64,000 nucleotides of DNA from Eledone cirrhosa (GCA_964016885.1 OZ024743.1:53692001-53756000); one strand, 5' to 3'. Numbered from the stretch's first letter, positions 41,671-58,276 are shown. Made by a program: numbers and translations. Notes: generated from the letters alone by a model not told the origin.

Positions 41671-42668
41671 ATATAATATAAAATATTTCTCTGCCGATTA
41701 TTATAGTCGTATAGCAATCTAGAAGAAGAGTAATTCCAGCTAGGAGTCAAAGGTATTGAAAAGATTGGGAACCACTGAGTTAAACATTTTCAATGCGTAG
41801 TAACATATGTATAACACAATTCTGAACAGTCACGACTTAATATAGATTGTGTATTGTACTTGTAACTTTCTATGTAATGGTGACCATCTAGGATGGTTAA
41901 GCCAGCTCCAAATACTTTTGTAAAGTATAAAAATTAAAGTGACATGAAGTAAATAAATATAAAGTGTTAATATATTTGCAAAAAGAAAAACAACTGAGAC
42001 AAGCCTAAGTATATCGAATTCAAACTATGACATTGAGGTTATTAAGAAGGCTGCTGGAGGTATTATCATAGAGTAAATGTGCTATATCTTTGCGGAATAT
42101 ATGCAAGATAAAGCCAGCCATGTAAATTTATCTGGAGCTTATTGGACATTATTGAAGATGCCTGCATCGTAGGAAAAAGCAAAATAAAACAAAAAAGAAA
42201 AAAATGTTGTACTTCTCACATCTTTCTAATAAAAGCAATTTTTCATCATTTCGTAATAACGTTATTTTAAATATAACAATTTTTTTAAAAATCAATCTTT
42301 TATATACCTACCAAAACGGAAATACAATAATATATAGCTTATAGTTAGAACATTAAAAAAAAAAATGACAGCGAATGTCAGAAATTTTTTCCTGGCTGTT
42401 TTAGCTTTACGGAATTTCATGTTCATATTGGGAAAATCAAATAGTAAAATGTATTGTTAGTGTTTCCTCTGGATGAAATACCAGAACGATACTAGCTACA
42501 AAAAGTAAGTAACGTTGATTGAAAAGGTTCTGCACTTTGGATAAAAATTACTTGACTCAAATTTGGGTCGCGACCCTGAGATTAAGAAACACTAATCTAT
42601 ATTCTCTTTGCCGTAGTCCCTCTCACTCTCACTATATATATGTGTGCATGTATATATATATATATATA

Positions 42669-43006
42669 GGAAAATGTATGACCACGACGGCAGAGCTCAA
42701 GCCGTTTTGATGGCTATTTCTGGACTCGCATGGTGCGGGTAAAGAAACTTGAGCTGGGTGGAAAGTGCTCTACTACGGAGGTAGGAGCTAGATAACGAAG
42801 GAGTTGTGGTAAGGAACCAGATGGACCATAACGCACCAGAGTACTCAATACTTAGGGTAGTAGGTAGAGTGGGTAATAGGAGAAAGTATGACCCCGACGG
42901 CAGAGCTCAAGCCGTTTCGACGGCTATTTTTGGACTAAAAGTAGTCTTTTAGTCCAGATATAGCCGTCAAAATGGTTTGAGCTCTGCCGTCGGGGTCATA
43001 CTTTCT

Positions 43007-43009
<3 letters not shown>
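42669..43009. mobile_element. Longest copy of the GCCGTCGAAACGGC family: partial tandem (period about 210 bp) plus terminal inversion
   Basis: 42669-42726 repeats at 42879-42936, and 42950-43009 is its reverse complement. Flanked by (TA)n. Confidence 0.75.
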
Positions 43010-43060
<51 letters not shown>

Positions 43061-43709
43061 CACACTTACAGAGATAGTGAGTGTTCTTGTATAATATAAT
43101 CAAACAATCTGTTTATGAATTTAACGTGTAAGTGGCTGAATATTCCACAGTCTTGTGAGCAAAAACGATACAATTCATTTCCAGCTGAGTGAAGTAGGGC
43201 GACTCTAAATCTTTATGCGCGCGCACAAACACACATACACACACACACTCTCTCTCGCCACCCCTCTCCCTGTGACAAACACACACTCACTCTTTCTCAC
43301 ACGTTTTACATGTAAATGATGGGATCACTGTGTACGTGCTACATGTATATTGTTTTTACACGTTTAATTAGACTAAAGGGGTTTAGTCGAGTATATTAAT
43401 TGGTTTTAGTAATTATTCAATCTGGCATTTACATTATCGATCCCTATTTGTTATAGCGATAATCCGACACAATAAGGTTAATTTATAAACTAGCGTAAAT
43501 ATACAGAAATGGACGTAAACAAACATGTACAGACACATATGATGGATATATAGAGAGAGACACATTCTAATACACATATGATGTATGAGGTATGTGTGCT
43601 TGTGTGTGCATGTATATGTATATATATATATATAAATGAACAAATATATACGTGATAAAACTATATATATGTATGGTATGTATATATATATACATGCATT
43701 ATATATATA

Positions 43710-43743
<34 letters not shown>

Positions 43744-43804
43744 CATATATATATGTATATATATATGGGTATATATTCATGTATACATACACCCACATAC
43801 CCAC

Positions 43805-43863
<59 letters not shown>

Positions 43864-44074
43864 GATAGATAGATATATATATACATATAGATAGATATAT
43901 GTATATACATATACATATATACATTACACATTTATTTGTATATATCATATATTAATTGTAAAACACACAAAGGCATATATGTATATATCGTTTATATATA
44001 CATATATCGACGACAACGAGTGTGTGTGTGAGTTTATGGATATATATATACGTATATATATATATATAAATATG

Positions 44075-44169
<95 letters not shown>

Positions 44170-45055
44170 TATATATATGTATATATATATTATCGGGTTA
44201 CAATAGGTTCTCAATGCTGTCATAATATCTACACTCCTGTTTTCTTATGTATGGAATGCTATGATGAATAATTTCTAATTAGTTGCATGTCATGCATGAA
44301 ATATGCTAAATCTATACGGAAAAAAGGTAGTTTATAAGATGCTTCTCATTTCTTGGGATTCTAGGGCGGTGCAGACAACAGTATAACACAGCGTTTAACA
44401 TTTAATGTTAATAGTCCTTATCAGCTGACTGGGTTGGATGGAGCAACCTAGAATATAGTATTTTACACAATATAACGTGATAATATATGACACACACACA
44501 TATGTATATATATATATATATATATATATGAATAAATAAATATATATATGTATATATATATTTGTATATATATATATATAGTAATAATAATAAATTTGAA
44601 GACTAAAATCCAAAGAGGGCTCGATAAGGATAAATATATATCAAATATATAAGAACCGTAGAGCAAATATTTATTAAAATAACAGATTAAAGTTTAAGCA
44701 AAGAATCGCTGCTTTCACCCTTAACGGCATCTTATATATATAGGAAGATGTTGAAGACCCCAAAGCGTCTCGAATATTTTCCTATTACCCACTCTACTAC
44801 CCTAAGTATTGAGTACTCTGGTGCGTTATGGTCCACCTGGTTCCTTACCACACTTCCTTCGTTATACATATATATGACATGTAAATTATATATATGGGTG
44901 TGTGTGAGTGTGTATCCTCTTTCATATGTATATGTTGTATGGTAACTTCGATATCCTATTTGACTCACGCTACGTAAATACATAGGCACCCTCTCATGCA
45001 TTAATGTATGTATACATACCCACAAATATATATACACACACGCACACACAGACAT

Positions 45056-45093
<38 letters not shown>

Positions 45094-45098
45094 GTATA

Positions 45099-45154
<56 letters not shown>

Positions 45155-45266
45155 CTTATTAAATAACAGATTAAAGTTTAAGCAAAGAATCTACGGTTCT
45201 TATATATTTGATATATTTATCGTTATCCAGCTCCCTTTGGATTTTAGTCTTCAAATTTATTATTAT

Positions 45267-45319
<53 letters not shown>

Positions 45320-45739
45320 CATACATACATACAAACACATATATACATGCATCTATACATACGTAGCACGGAGCATCACATGAGACCAGAGAACGCTCTT
45401 TGATCCCACCTTTTCGCTACATACACTCTAGGGAAGGAAACTACGGATGTGTTTGTATTTCAATTCGTGCCGTGTACTGCAGCAGCTGCAAGGAAAAGCA
45501 CACACTCCCTTTGTGGATCGTTTACCTGCAATAAAGTTTTAAATAGTTTTAAAGGACACACTTCATGTGTCAAACTAATATATTTTTGGGGTGTTTTATT
45601 TTCTGTTTAATCTTTGCACAGCAATATATAGTATATACATAATATATAAATATATTATATATTATGTATATATTATATATATATATATACATATGCGGAC
45701 ATATTTATTCATACGTACACGTATATATTCATTTATATT

Positions 45740-46145
<406 letters not shown>

Positions 46146-46814
46146 TATGTATATATATATATATATATTCGTACACACATATATATGTGTGTCTGTGTGT
46201 ATAAGTGATTCGAAAGCCAAAGGTAATTAATTGTCTTAGAGAAATATTGTTAGGTTTGCGTACGTGTGTTTATGTGTGTATGTGAGTGTATGAAAATGTG
46301 CAAGTCTCTGTGTGTGAATATGTATGCGCGTGAAATTGTGCAATGTTCAGTTTAACTGTGTGGCTGAGGAGGTTAATAACTACTCTCATAATCTGTCTTA
46401 AATATCCTGTATACACCTTTACACACCCACCCGCACACACACATACCCACACTTACATAAACACTCGCACTCACATATACAGTGACACACGTACGTACTC
46501 TGACACACACAAACACAGACACACATCTGCCCATGTGTGTGTTTTTATATATTGTTACCTTGTGTTTTTAACTTATTTGCATATGCTTTACATTCGTGTA
46601 TACCTTGGTGATCTACAATCAGCTTTCGTGCATCCTTATCTATGTATATATACATTGACTTCTCAAAGTTTGTCTCAACTATCCTGTGTTGTCCATTTCT
46701 GTAAGTGTGGTGATATTTTTCCTTCGTTACAAGGTTTGTTATTATTTAATCCCTGCTCTCTATTGAGGGCACGTTTAATTTCTGTTTCCTAAATCTGTTT
46801 GAGCACTAGTCGGC

Positions 46815-46874
<60 letters not shown>

Positions 46875-47544
46875 ATTTTCACCTCGATGTTTTCAGTGAG
46901 CCATTAAATTCTAGTTCAACATGTTGCAAGAATGAGTTTTTCATGTCTTTGAATTATCATCAGTTCGCCTTCATCATTTGTGCTACATTACGAGTCGTTT
47001 CTCCTACAGACGTCGTGGTTTTTTTCTACATTGTCCCTCTGTGCATCTTATGCTGTATACATTTCTAGTTTTACAATTTATCTTACAGACTGTTGGGCTG
47101 TTACTTGTATTTGGATGTAGGATTTTGCATATGAAGTCTCACATGTCCGAAAAGCTATGGAATACAGAGTAGGACCTGAACCTGATCAATTGTACATTGA
47201 GCTGATTGACAACGAAACATGTGTAATGTGTGAATAGAAATATGTATAAGATGTAGTCTTGATACTTTGTACCCGCTGGCTTCTTTTCTGTCTTACTATT
47301 TCTCTTATTTCTATATTTTTTTCTTCTTTGGCTAAGTTCTTGCGAACTCTATATTTGTGTAATATGCCCCAAGGCAGAACTTGTCTCCACCTCTTTTGTT
47401 ATGTCCCAATGTGCACTGGAATGAATGGAATCACTCTTAATTGACCGAAACCGTAATAATATCCAGAGGTTGACTGAGGAGATCGGAATCTCCGCCCTTC
47501 AGTTGTTCTTTTCATTGTCTTCGTCCGATGCATCCCCTTGTTTT

Positions 47545-47631
<87 letters not shown>

Positions 47632-47685
47632 TATATAAACCCAAAACAAGTATATATAAATATATAAACCAAAAACGAAGTATAC

Positions 47686-47719
<34 letters not shown>

Positions 47720-47833
47720 GTATCCTTACGGGGTCGATAAAATAAAGTACCAGTAATTATACCGAGTAATTGCTGGCCTTGTGCCAAAAAGTGGAAACAA
47801 TTATTATTATATACATATATATATATATATATA

Positions 47834-47886
<53 letters not shown>

Positions 47887-47951
47887 AAATATATATATAT
47901 ATTAATGTATATATACATATATATGTGCATATATATATATTGTATATATAT

Positions 47952-47991
<40 letters not shown>

Positions 47992-48022
47992 ATATATATA
48001 TACATATATATATATACATATG

Positions 48023-48060
<38 letters not shown>

Positions 48061-48089
48061 TATGTATACATATATATATATATACATAA

Positions 48090-48174
<85 letters not shown>

Positions 48175-48178
48175 GTAT

Positions 48179-48230
<52 letters not shown>

Positions 48231-48318
48231 GTATATATATGTATATATATACATATATATATATATGTATATATATGTATATATATACATATGTATGTAT
48301 ATACTACATATAATAAAT

Positions 48319-48380
<62 letters not shown>

Positions 48381-49052
48381 ATACGAAAATATTTTACGAT
48401 GTCGGCATTATTTTGTACAAATGTAGGTCCTATACATGTATGTATATGTATATATGTATATATGTATATCTATGTATGTATGTGATTATGTTTGTTGTTA
48501 GTTTGCGTAGACATGTATATAAATATACATACATACTGTGTGCGTATTTGCATGGATATATATGAATACATATATACATATATTGTTGTGAACTTGACGG
48601 ATGAGTATTTGTAAGATTTGTAAAATTAATGATGTAAATGTAATGACGTATTTAGAGAGCAGGTATGGTTTCTATTCTGGCTAGTGGCCCTGTAATGTGT
48701 ATAATGGTGCGGACTGTAATGACGCAAGCAGGAGAAGTAAATGGTTCGATTCAGAGCAGTAACCCTGAAATATCTTTAGTGATGCGGGTTATTTATGACG
48801 TATACATGTGAGATAAATGCACTACCGCAGACAGGAGATCTACGTGGTAGGATTCTGAGCAATGTCACTATATTATATGGAGTGAAATAATGTTGTTATG
48901 TAGTATGTAGGTATAGAGGTGTTTGGTTCAATTCTGGGCAGTGAACCGGTAATATCTCTCAGCCATATGTTTATATCATTATATTCACACATACGTACAT
49001 ATCTACATGCAAATATATGTATGTATGTATGTAGATACACATACACACAGAG

Positions 49053-49119
<67 letters not shown>

Positions 49120-49196
49120 CATACATACATACATACATACATACATACATACATACATACATACATACATACATACATACATACATACATACATAC

Positions 49197-49607
49197 ATGG
49201 TGGTGGCTGCCAACTCGTTTTCGAGTACGGCCACTACTTTATATCCATGTAGGAGAACCCCTACCGATGCGCTGAACGAATGTGACTTTTTAGTCCAGCC
49301 AGCGACTTGAAAACTCTGGTACAAACACTACACTTGTGACAATTATTGACACATAGTGCTGGGCCCATGGTACCATGTGATGACAAGTGCAGAGAGATCT
49401 CCAGATATAAAGCAATGCCTGTGCCGTGAAACTTTTATAGTGAGCAAAGGCACTTCACAAAGCCAGTCCCACTCTCTTAGCCAAGATGATATTTACCAAA
49501 AAGAAGAACAAGTCAACATCATTGGATACCATCAGGGTTGCAGGTGTTATATCGGAGTTTTCCTTCTCCTAGAATTCTGCCTTGACAAAGGTTAAGGGGT
49601 CATCTCA
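49197..49607 (-). mobile_element. RTE-related SINE-like copy (subfamily A)
   Basis: Reverse complement of about 7960-8363, flanked by (CATA)n on both sides. Confidence 0.75.
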
Positions 49608-50204
49608 TACATACATACATACATACATACATACATACATGCATACATACATACATACACACACACACACATATATACATACACACATGCAAAGATATGT
49701 TTATAGTGGTTATATTGATATATATATACGTTTGGTTTGTATGGTTTTTTAACAGCTTTCGATATCCCCTAATTACAATGATTTTTCAGAGTTCATTATA
49801 TTCCTCGGCATCTAGAATAATTGTTTCTACTTTTGGCACAAGGCCAAATTACTCAGTGTATTACTGGTACTTTATTTTATCGACCCCATAAGGATGAAAG
49901 GCAATGCGTACCAATAAAATACATGTTCGTTTATGATATGTGAAGGATATTGATACTGAAACAACATCCCAACCATTTATTCTGTGAACCAAAGCTTTTT
50001 ACAAATTCTAACAATGACGATTCCTACGCGAAACACTTTTTTTCAAAGAATTCAATATAGAATATGATGCGTGTTTATAAATTATATATTTCGGAGTTCT
50101 ACTTATCTGGAAAGTTGCAGTGGAACTGTGTCAATGACCAGGTTGCAAACAGTGCGACGGAAGATCTAACTCCAACTAATAAATGGTATATTTAAACCCT
50201 TTAC

Positions 50205-50323
50205 GGTCTGAGTTCAAATCCCGCCGAGGTTAACTTTGCCTTTCATCCTTGCGGGGTCGATAAAATAAAGTACCAGTAATGTATTAGGGTAATTCCTGGC
50301 CTTGTGCCCAAAGTAGAAACAAT
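50205..50323 (+). mobile_element. Abundant SINE-like repeat with a B-box-like head
   Basis: GAGTTCAAATCCCGCCGAGGT...GGGGTCGATAAAATAAAGTACCAGT...GGCCTTGTGCC.AAAGTAGAAAC. Full or partial copies near 17234(-), 18995, 23517(-), 30766, 47720, 49819(-), 52970, 56778 and 63965. Confidence 0.7.
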
Positions 50324-51406
50324 TTAAAGTGAAGTTATTAACAATTTTGATATGCTTTTGAGTGGCTAAGAAAACTCAGTCGCAAACAGTGCGACAGCAA
50401 TTTTGACACCCAAGTAATATATGATAAAAAGAAGTTAATTATTTTGGGTTTATTTTTGAATGGCTACAATGAAGTCCACGAAGTAATGATGAAATGTTAT
50501 GGTGTTAATCTATTGAAATGGTGATAGTCTTGGTATAGACACATATGATAAACAATGTGAGCTGTTTGTAAATGTGAAGTAAACTATGTGAAGTAGACTA
50601 GTGTCCTGTCATGAAAGGCAATGTGAAATGAAGCGTCTTGTTCAAGAATGAACTGTAACAGCTTGAGTCCAACATGTTAACCATTAGGCAACGCCATGTA
50701 ATTAATCGATATTATGGAAATTATATACTAAAGGTTATGTAATTAGCCGCATTATGCAGATGTACAGTATATAATTAAACGGCACCGACTGGATACATAT
50801 AAATAGTAGTTATGTAAGCTTTCCTAAATTAGGGAAACGGACTCCAAAAATAAACCAACTCCGGGGTACATGGGAGATACAGTTTAATAAGTTCATATCC
50901 ATGCGTGATGACATCATCATCATCATTATCGTCACAATCATCATCATTATCATCATCATAATTTTCCGTCCGCTCTCATTACTGGCATGTCTTGTACGGG
51001 TTGTCACGGCCCAAGAATACAGAGGTCGAAGGGACCAGATCTTGCATTATTCTGTATGGCATTTCCCAACACCAACCATTTTACAGAGCATACCTGGGAT
51101 ATTTTATAATGGCACCAGCACTAACTCTTCACAGAGTGAACTGGGTTCATTTTATCATGGTACAGCCATTCCCATTTTACATTACAGAGTGTACTGGATA
51201 GATTTTTTTTTTTTTTTGTGGAACCAACAAAAAACTAATAATTTACAGAGTGTCCTAGGTGCATTTTATCGTGGCACTAGCACTGGATTGGTCACATCAT
51301 TTAAATGATCCCTTGCTGTCCCACTACAAGAGCAGATACCACTTATCATGGGAGCGCTCAATGCAAGGGGAAATGCAGAGTGGTAGGGTACTGCAGTCGG
51401 GACTTT

Positions 51407-51514
<108 letters not shown>

Positions 51515-51774
51515 GTGCGTGTTTGTGTGTCTTTTTCACATAATTTACCACTTTTATTTACTCTCTTAACGTTTAACTCTTGTGTGTAATGAACTGTGTG
51601 TGTGTGTGTTTAATATCATTATATAGCCTAGAACATTTCTACAGTTTCACATTCTATAGTTATTGATCTATGTCACTCCCCCTCCTCTCTCTCATTATCT
51701 CTCTCTCTCTATATATATATATATTATCCCTAAACGCTCAGGCGTCACTGTTAATAGGGGCTAATTCATCTGTA

Positions 51775-51851
<77 letters not shown>

Positions 51852-52092
51852 GTGTGTGTTACGCTTGGCACGTAGACCACGTACATCACGTACAAGAAGC
51901 AACAGAAGGTGTGAATATGTTAGAAACACGTGTATCAACTTATATATGTATTGTGAACTACATCATTGGACAGCTGCTTTTATCTAGTTTGATCAATTGT
52001 TTTCAGTGGTGATGGTGCTGTATGTCACAGACGTTTATAATTTGTTTTACAAAATTTATAGCTTCCCGCCACATACCTCATCCTTCTTCTAG

Positions 52093-52707
52093 ATACCATA
52101 ACCACCACCTACTTCGACACCACCACCACCATAACCACCACCTGCTCCCACACCACCACCTACTCTCACACCACGGCCACCATAACCACGACCTACTCCG
52201 ACACCACCATCTACTCTCACACCACCATAACCACCACCTACTCCGACACCACCACCACCTACTCCCACACCACGACCACCATAACCACCACCTACTCCGA
52301 CACCACCACCACCATTACCACCACCTACTCCCACACCACCACCACCTACTCCCACACCACGACCACCATAACCACCACCTACTCCCACACCACCACCACC
52401 ATAACCACCACCTACTCCCACACCACGACCACCATAACCACCACCTACTCCGACACCACCACCACATACTCCCACACCACGACCACCATAACCACCACCT
52501 ACTCCCACACCACCACCACCATAACCACCACCTACTCCCACACCACGACCACCATAACCACCACCTACTCCCACACCACCACCACCATAACCACCACCTA
52601 CTCCCACACCACCACCACCATAACCACCACATACTCCCACACCACGACCACCATAACCACCACATACTCCCACACCACCACCACCATAACCACCACCTAC
52701 TCCCACA
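52093..52707. repeat. CA-rich minisatellite, unit about 33 bp, open in a Gly-rich (-) and a His-rich (+) frame
   Basis: Minus-strand unit GGTGTGGGAGTAGGTGGTGGTTATGGTGGT(G/C)GT. No ATG, and an in-frame TGA lies just upstream in the Gly frame. Confidence 0.85.
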
Positions 52708-53071
52708 CTTCACTCTTTGTCCCTCCCACCCTACCCTATGCTAACTCCTTTTCTCATAATCCTGCCACTACAACTACCACACTAACATCATCATTATATT
52801 TAGATAATGTATCTCTCTCTCTCACGCTCTCATCTTTCTCCTCCCTCTCTTTCTCTCCCCTTCTTTATCTCTCTCTCTCTCTTTCACTCTTTCACTCTCT
52901 ATTAATTCTATTTTGTTTCTTCATTCTGAAATATCTTCATACATAAAAGTTTATATATTTGTATGTGTGTGCCGAGGTTGACTTTGCCTTTCATCCTTAC
53001 GGGGTCGATAAAATAAAGTACCAGTAATGCACTGGTAATTTGCTGGCCTTGTGCTAAAAGTAGAAACAATT

Positions 53072-53103
<32 letters not shown>

Positions 53104-53202
53104 GTGTGTGTATGTATGTATATATATGTGTGTATATATGTGTGTGTATGTATGTATGTATATATATGTATATATATATGTATGTACGCATATATATATA
53201 TG

Positions 53203-53300
<98 letters not shown>

Positions 53301-53665
53301 CTAAAATTCGACATTAAAGAGAAATTTAATGCACGAACATGTAACCAGATTTGAAATACCAAGAAAAAAACACTCGTTTCTACTAATTTGATATTTACAG
53401 GTGGTCAAAGGTTCACCTGTCTACATAAGAAATCAGAAATATATAAGGCCTACCTCTATTAAAGAATTCCAAAAAGCCTTGGGTGTAGTCCTAACTAGGG
53501 TACCTGACAAGCCAATTATTCAAGATATACTGAAGGAAGATCACCTGCTACGAATTTAATGATAGACCAACATCTAGTCATAAATCTTCAACAAAATTTA
53601 TATAAAATAACTTAAGGCCGTGCTGCAGCATGGCCGCAGTCCAACGACTGAAACCATTAAAATGA

Positions 53666-53708
<43 letters not shown>

Positions 53709-53742
53709 ATACACATGTATACATATTATATATATATATATA

Positions 53743-53778
<36 letters not shown>

Positions 53779-54212
53779 TATATATATATTATATATGTAT
53801 ATATAAATATATATATATACACACATATATTATACACACACACAAACATATATATATAAGTTTATCCCGGGTTCAAACGGGGGTAACAACAGTAAGTAAG
53901 GTACTCAATACAAAGCAAAGTATAAATATTTAATATAGAAAAGGCTTCTACAGGACTAGAACTGTTTCATCCGGGAGAAATCAGGAAGCTTCTTGATCAT
54001 TTCTTCCGAATGAAACAGTTATAGTACTGTAAAAGCATTTTCTATATTAAATATATATATTTAATATAGTACGTCAATACTCATCTTTTTCCATTTATCT
54101 GAGGGTTCTAAACCCCATTATCAGGCTAAAATTTCTTTAGTCAAAAATACGGTGAAAGCTATTCTATTTTCTAATTTCAAACCTGCTCACTGTTTCAAAA
54201 CATACTTACTTG

Positions 54213-54260
<48 letters not shown>

Positions 54261-54499
54261 AAAAAAAGATGAAATCGAAAATGCAACTGGAGTCTTATTT
54301 AAAAATTTAAAAAAAAAAAAAATATATTTATTTGGTTCCTTTACCGGTTTCGCAGTTCTTCTGCTTTTGAAAAGTAGAGTTGAGATGGCGGGTCTGTCGT
54401 TTTTCTCATATCTGAGATGTGAGAAAAACCACAGGCCCTCCATCTCAACTCTACGTGTAGGACACATCGGTTATTTTTCATTTTGTAAAAAAACCTCAC

Positions 54500-54612
<113 letters not shown>

Positions 54613-54859
54613 ATATGTATGTATATATATATATACATATGTGTGTATAGTGTATATATGTAGATATACATCTGCATATATATGTGTGTATGCGTATAAA
54701 TATATTTATATATATATATTAAAGAAAACAAAGATTAGTGTATCACATCATTTTAATTGACTTAGTATACGTATATATGCATATATGTGTGTGTATATAT
54801 ACATGTATATATATATGTAAATGCATATATATGTAAATGTATATGTATATATATCTATA

Positions 54860-54903
<44 letters not shown>

Positions 54904-55255
54904 CACATACATATATATATATGTGTGTGTATATGTATATATATATTATAGAAATAAATTACATGGCTAGAACCGTCATTCATATGGAATCACCGGGAAT
55001 TAATGAATGTGTGCGTGTGGGTGTGAATTTATATGCTTATAAAAGTATATGTATGTATTTATATATGCATACATGTTATGTGTATAGTTACATATTACAC
55101 TCTCCCCCAACGTCTCTACCCATATATATATAAAGACCTATCCCTTCCCCTTCTCTTCATCTTCCTTCCTTCTCTCTAAGAATTCTACCTATATTCCTCC
55201 TGGAACGTAAACATATATATAAAATGCTTTTTTCTTTTAAATTCGTCATAAGTAG

Positions 55256-55295
<40 letters not shown>

Positions 55296-55299
55296 AACA

Positions 55300-55360
<61 letters not shown>

Positions 55361-55375
55361 TATTATGTATATATA

Positions 55376-55406
<31 letters not shown>

Positions 55407-55499
55407 ATATATATATATATTATGTATATATATATTTTATATTATGTATATATATATCATATATATATATATATATACATATTATATATATAATATATG

Positions 55500-55567
<68 letters not shown>

Positions 55568-55638
55568 ATATATTATATATATATATAATATGTATATATA
55601 TACATAATATATATTATATCTAATATATATATATATAA

Positions 55639-55692
<54 letters not shown>

Positions 55693-55769
55693 ATATATTA
55701 TATATATATATAATATGTATATATATACATAATATATATTATATCTTATATATATATATATAATATATG

Positions 55770-55803
<34 letters not shown>

Positions 55804-56087
55804 ATATTATATATATATATATATATATAATTGTTATATATATAATATATATAATATAAGATCAAAAGATGGTTAAAAGAGTTCCAAGTATTTTATTATG
55901 CGCATTTCAAAAACAGATATCATCATGAGATGATATCTGTGTTATTTGCATTGCTTTATTGTGCTACAATAAAACTCACCTCCTACATAATATATATATG
56001 TTACATATATATATAATATATTATATATATAATATATTATATATATATATAATATATTATATATATAATATATTATATATATATATA

Positions 56088-56150
<63 letters not shown>

Positions 56151-56155
<5 letters not shown>

Positions 56156-56358
56156 TGAGATTCTACAGGACTAGAACTGTTTCATTCATTAGAAATCATC
56201 AGGAATTCCTGATGATTTCTAATGAATGAATGATGATTTCTAATGAATGAAACAGTTCTAGTCCTGTAGAATCTCATCTATATTAAAACTTTTATACTCT
56301 GCTATGTATTGAGTACCTTACTTACTGTGGTTACCTCCGATTCAACCCGGAATAACGT
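56151..56358. mobile_element. Palindromic hammerhead-core element; family copies at 19400-19680, 53860-54050 and 59560-59735
   Basis: Axis GAATTC at 56203-56208. Arms read CTGATGA-T-TTC(TAAT)GAA-T-GAAAC-AGTTCTA-GTC, with a short internal duplication in the right arm. Embedded in (TA)n. Confidence 0.7.
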
Positions 56359-56540
56359 ATATATATATATATATATATAATATATTATTTATATATATAT
56401 ATATATATAATATATTATATATATAATATATTATTTATATATATATATATATATAATATATTATATATATAATATATTATATATATATATATAATATATT
56501 ATTTATATATATATATATATATAATATATTATTTATATAT

Positions 56541-56693
<153 letters not shown>

Positions 56694-56977
56694 AATTTAT
56701 TGAAAAAGACAAATAAATAACAAGAAGGTTACTACTGTAATTTGTTAAAACTATTAATATTATTACTATTATTAGTTACGGTCTGAGTTCAAATCTCGCC
56801 GTGGTTAACTTTGCGTGTCATCCATTTGGGGGGTCGATAAAATAAAGTACCAGTAATGCACTGGGATAATTGCAGGCCTTGTGCCAATAGTAGAAACAAT
56901 TATTATTATTATTATTGGTTGGATTATTAGTAAATATTTTGAAACTTTCATCTATTTACTTATATGCTTGTATATGA

Positions 56978-57058
<81 letters not shown>

Positions 57059-57060
<2 letters not shown>

Positions 57061-57257
57061 AACCAGTAAGACCCCGACAGCTGAGCTCAAGCCGTTTCGA
57101 CGGCTAATTCTGGACTGAGTCCAGAATTAGCCGTCGAAACGGCTTGAGCTCAGCTGTCGGGGTCTTACTGGTTCCTATTACCCACTCTACTACCTCAAAT
57201 ATTGAGTACTTTGGTGCGTTATGGTCCACATGGTTCCTTACCACATTTCCTTCGTTA
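57059..57257. mobile_element. Fold-back copy of the GCCGTCGAAACGGC family
   Basis: Palindrome centred near 57117 (GGACTGAGTCC) followed by the same tail as 9093-9172. Confidence 0.75.
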
Positions 57258-57457
57258 TATATATATATATATATATTTGTCTCTTTCTTCCTCACTTTCT
57301 GTTGCTTCACCATTTTGTTTGTTTACCCTCACGTCCCCTTTATTTACGTGTCCCAACGTCTTTTTTAGCCGTTGCTCGCACCAACCGGAGGTATATGGTC
57401 TTTAAAGCGATGAAATGCCTATGATGGTTGGAAGATCACTGATGAAGGACAAACTTT

Positions 57458-57558
<101 letters not shown>

Positions 57559-57925
57559 CAAGTTAATATAAATTAATATATGATAAACACTAATACAATC
57601 ATATAAGTGTTTGTATTGTAAATGACCAAGTTAGCTAGATTGAAAAATACTAATTAGATTAATACAGTTTGCCTGTCTCGATTTAAAATAATAAATCAAT
57701 AAAAACAAACCCATATTGGCAATAGCCGTGATACCTGGACAAATTTAAATTTCAAAACCCAAATAAGTTTCGCAACGATAATTTAAAAAAGTGAAAAATT
57801 CCATTTTCTGTGGTCATCGGCAGGTATCCAGAACATTGGATGTTTCACCTCGAAATACTTAGGAGGACTGGTAGTCAAGTGGTAACGCACATGGTTTTCC
57901 AGTGTGTGTATTAAACGTATATATA

Positions 57926-57978
<53 letters not shown>

Positions 57979-57980
57979 GC

Positions 57981-58044
<64 letters not shown>

Positions 58045-58188
58045 GCACATATAATTTATATATATATATATATATATATATACGTTTAATACACACACAC
58101 ACATATGCATGTGTGTGTGTGTGCGCACTAGTGTTCATGTTAGTGTGTTTGAATAGTAGCAGTAGTAGTTGTAGTAATACTATTAACA

Positions 58189-58276
<88 letters not shown>

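Noticed and set aside
42555-42598. hAT/Charlie-like terminal fragment (also near 41760-41778)
   Set aside because: Single decayed ends; I could not identify matching partner ends or an 8-bp TSD.
42694-42755. Hairpin-ribozyme match suggested by minus-strand AGTC
   Set aside because: The opposing loop A strand is not AGAA and no loop B consensus is present.
47192-47232. Hammerhead-like CTGATTGA...GAAACATGTGTA
   Set aside because: Core has an insertion, there is no stem II, and stem I is offset.
48584-48870. Possible solo LTR on the minus strand
   Set aside because: Only terminal resemblance; no TSD, PBS, PPT or second copy.
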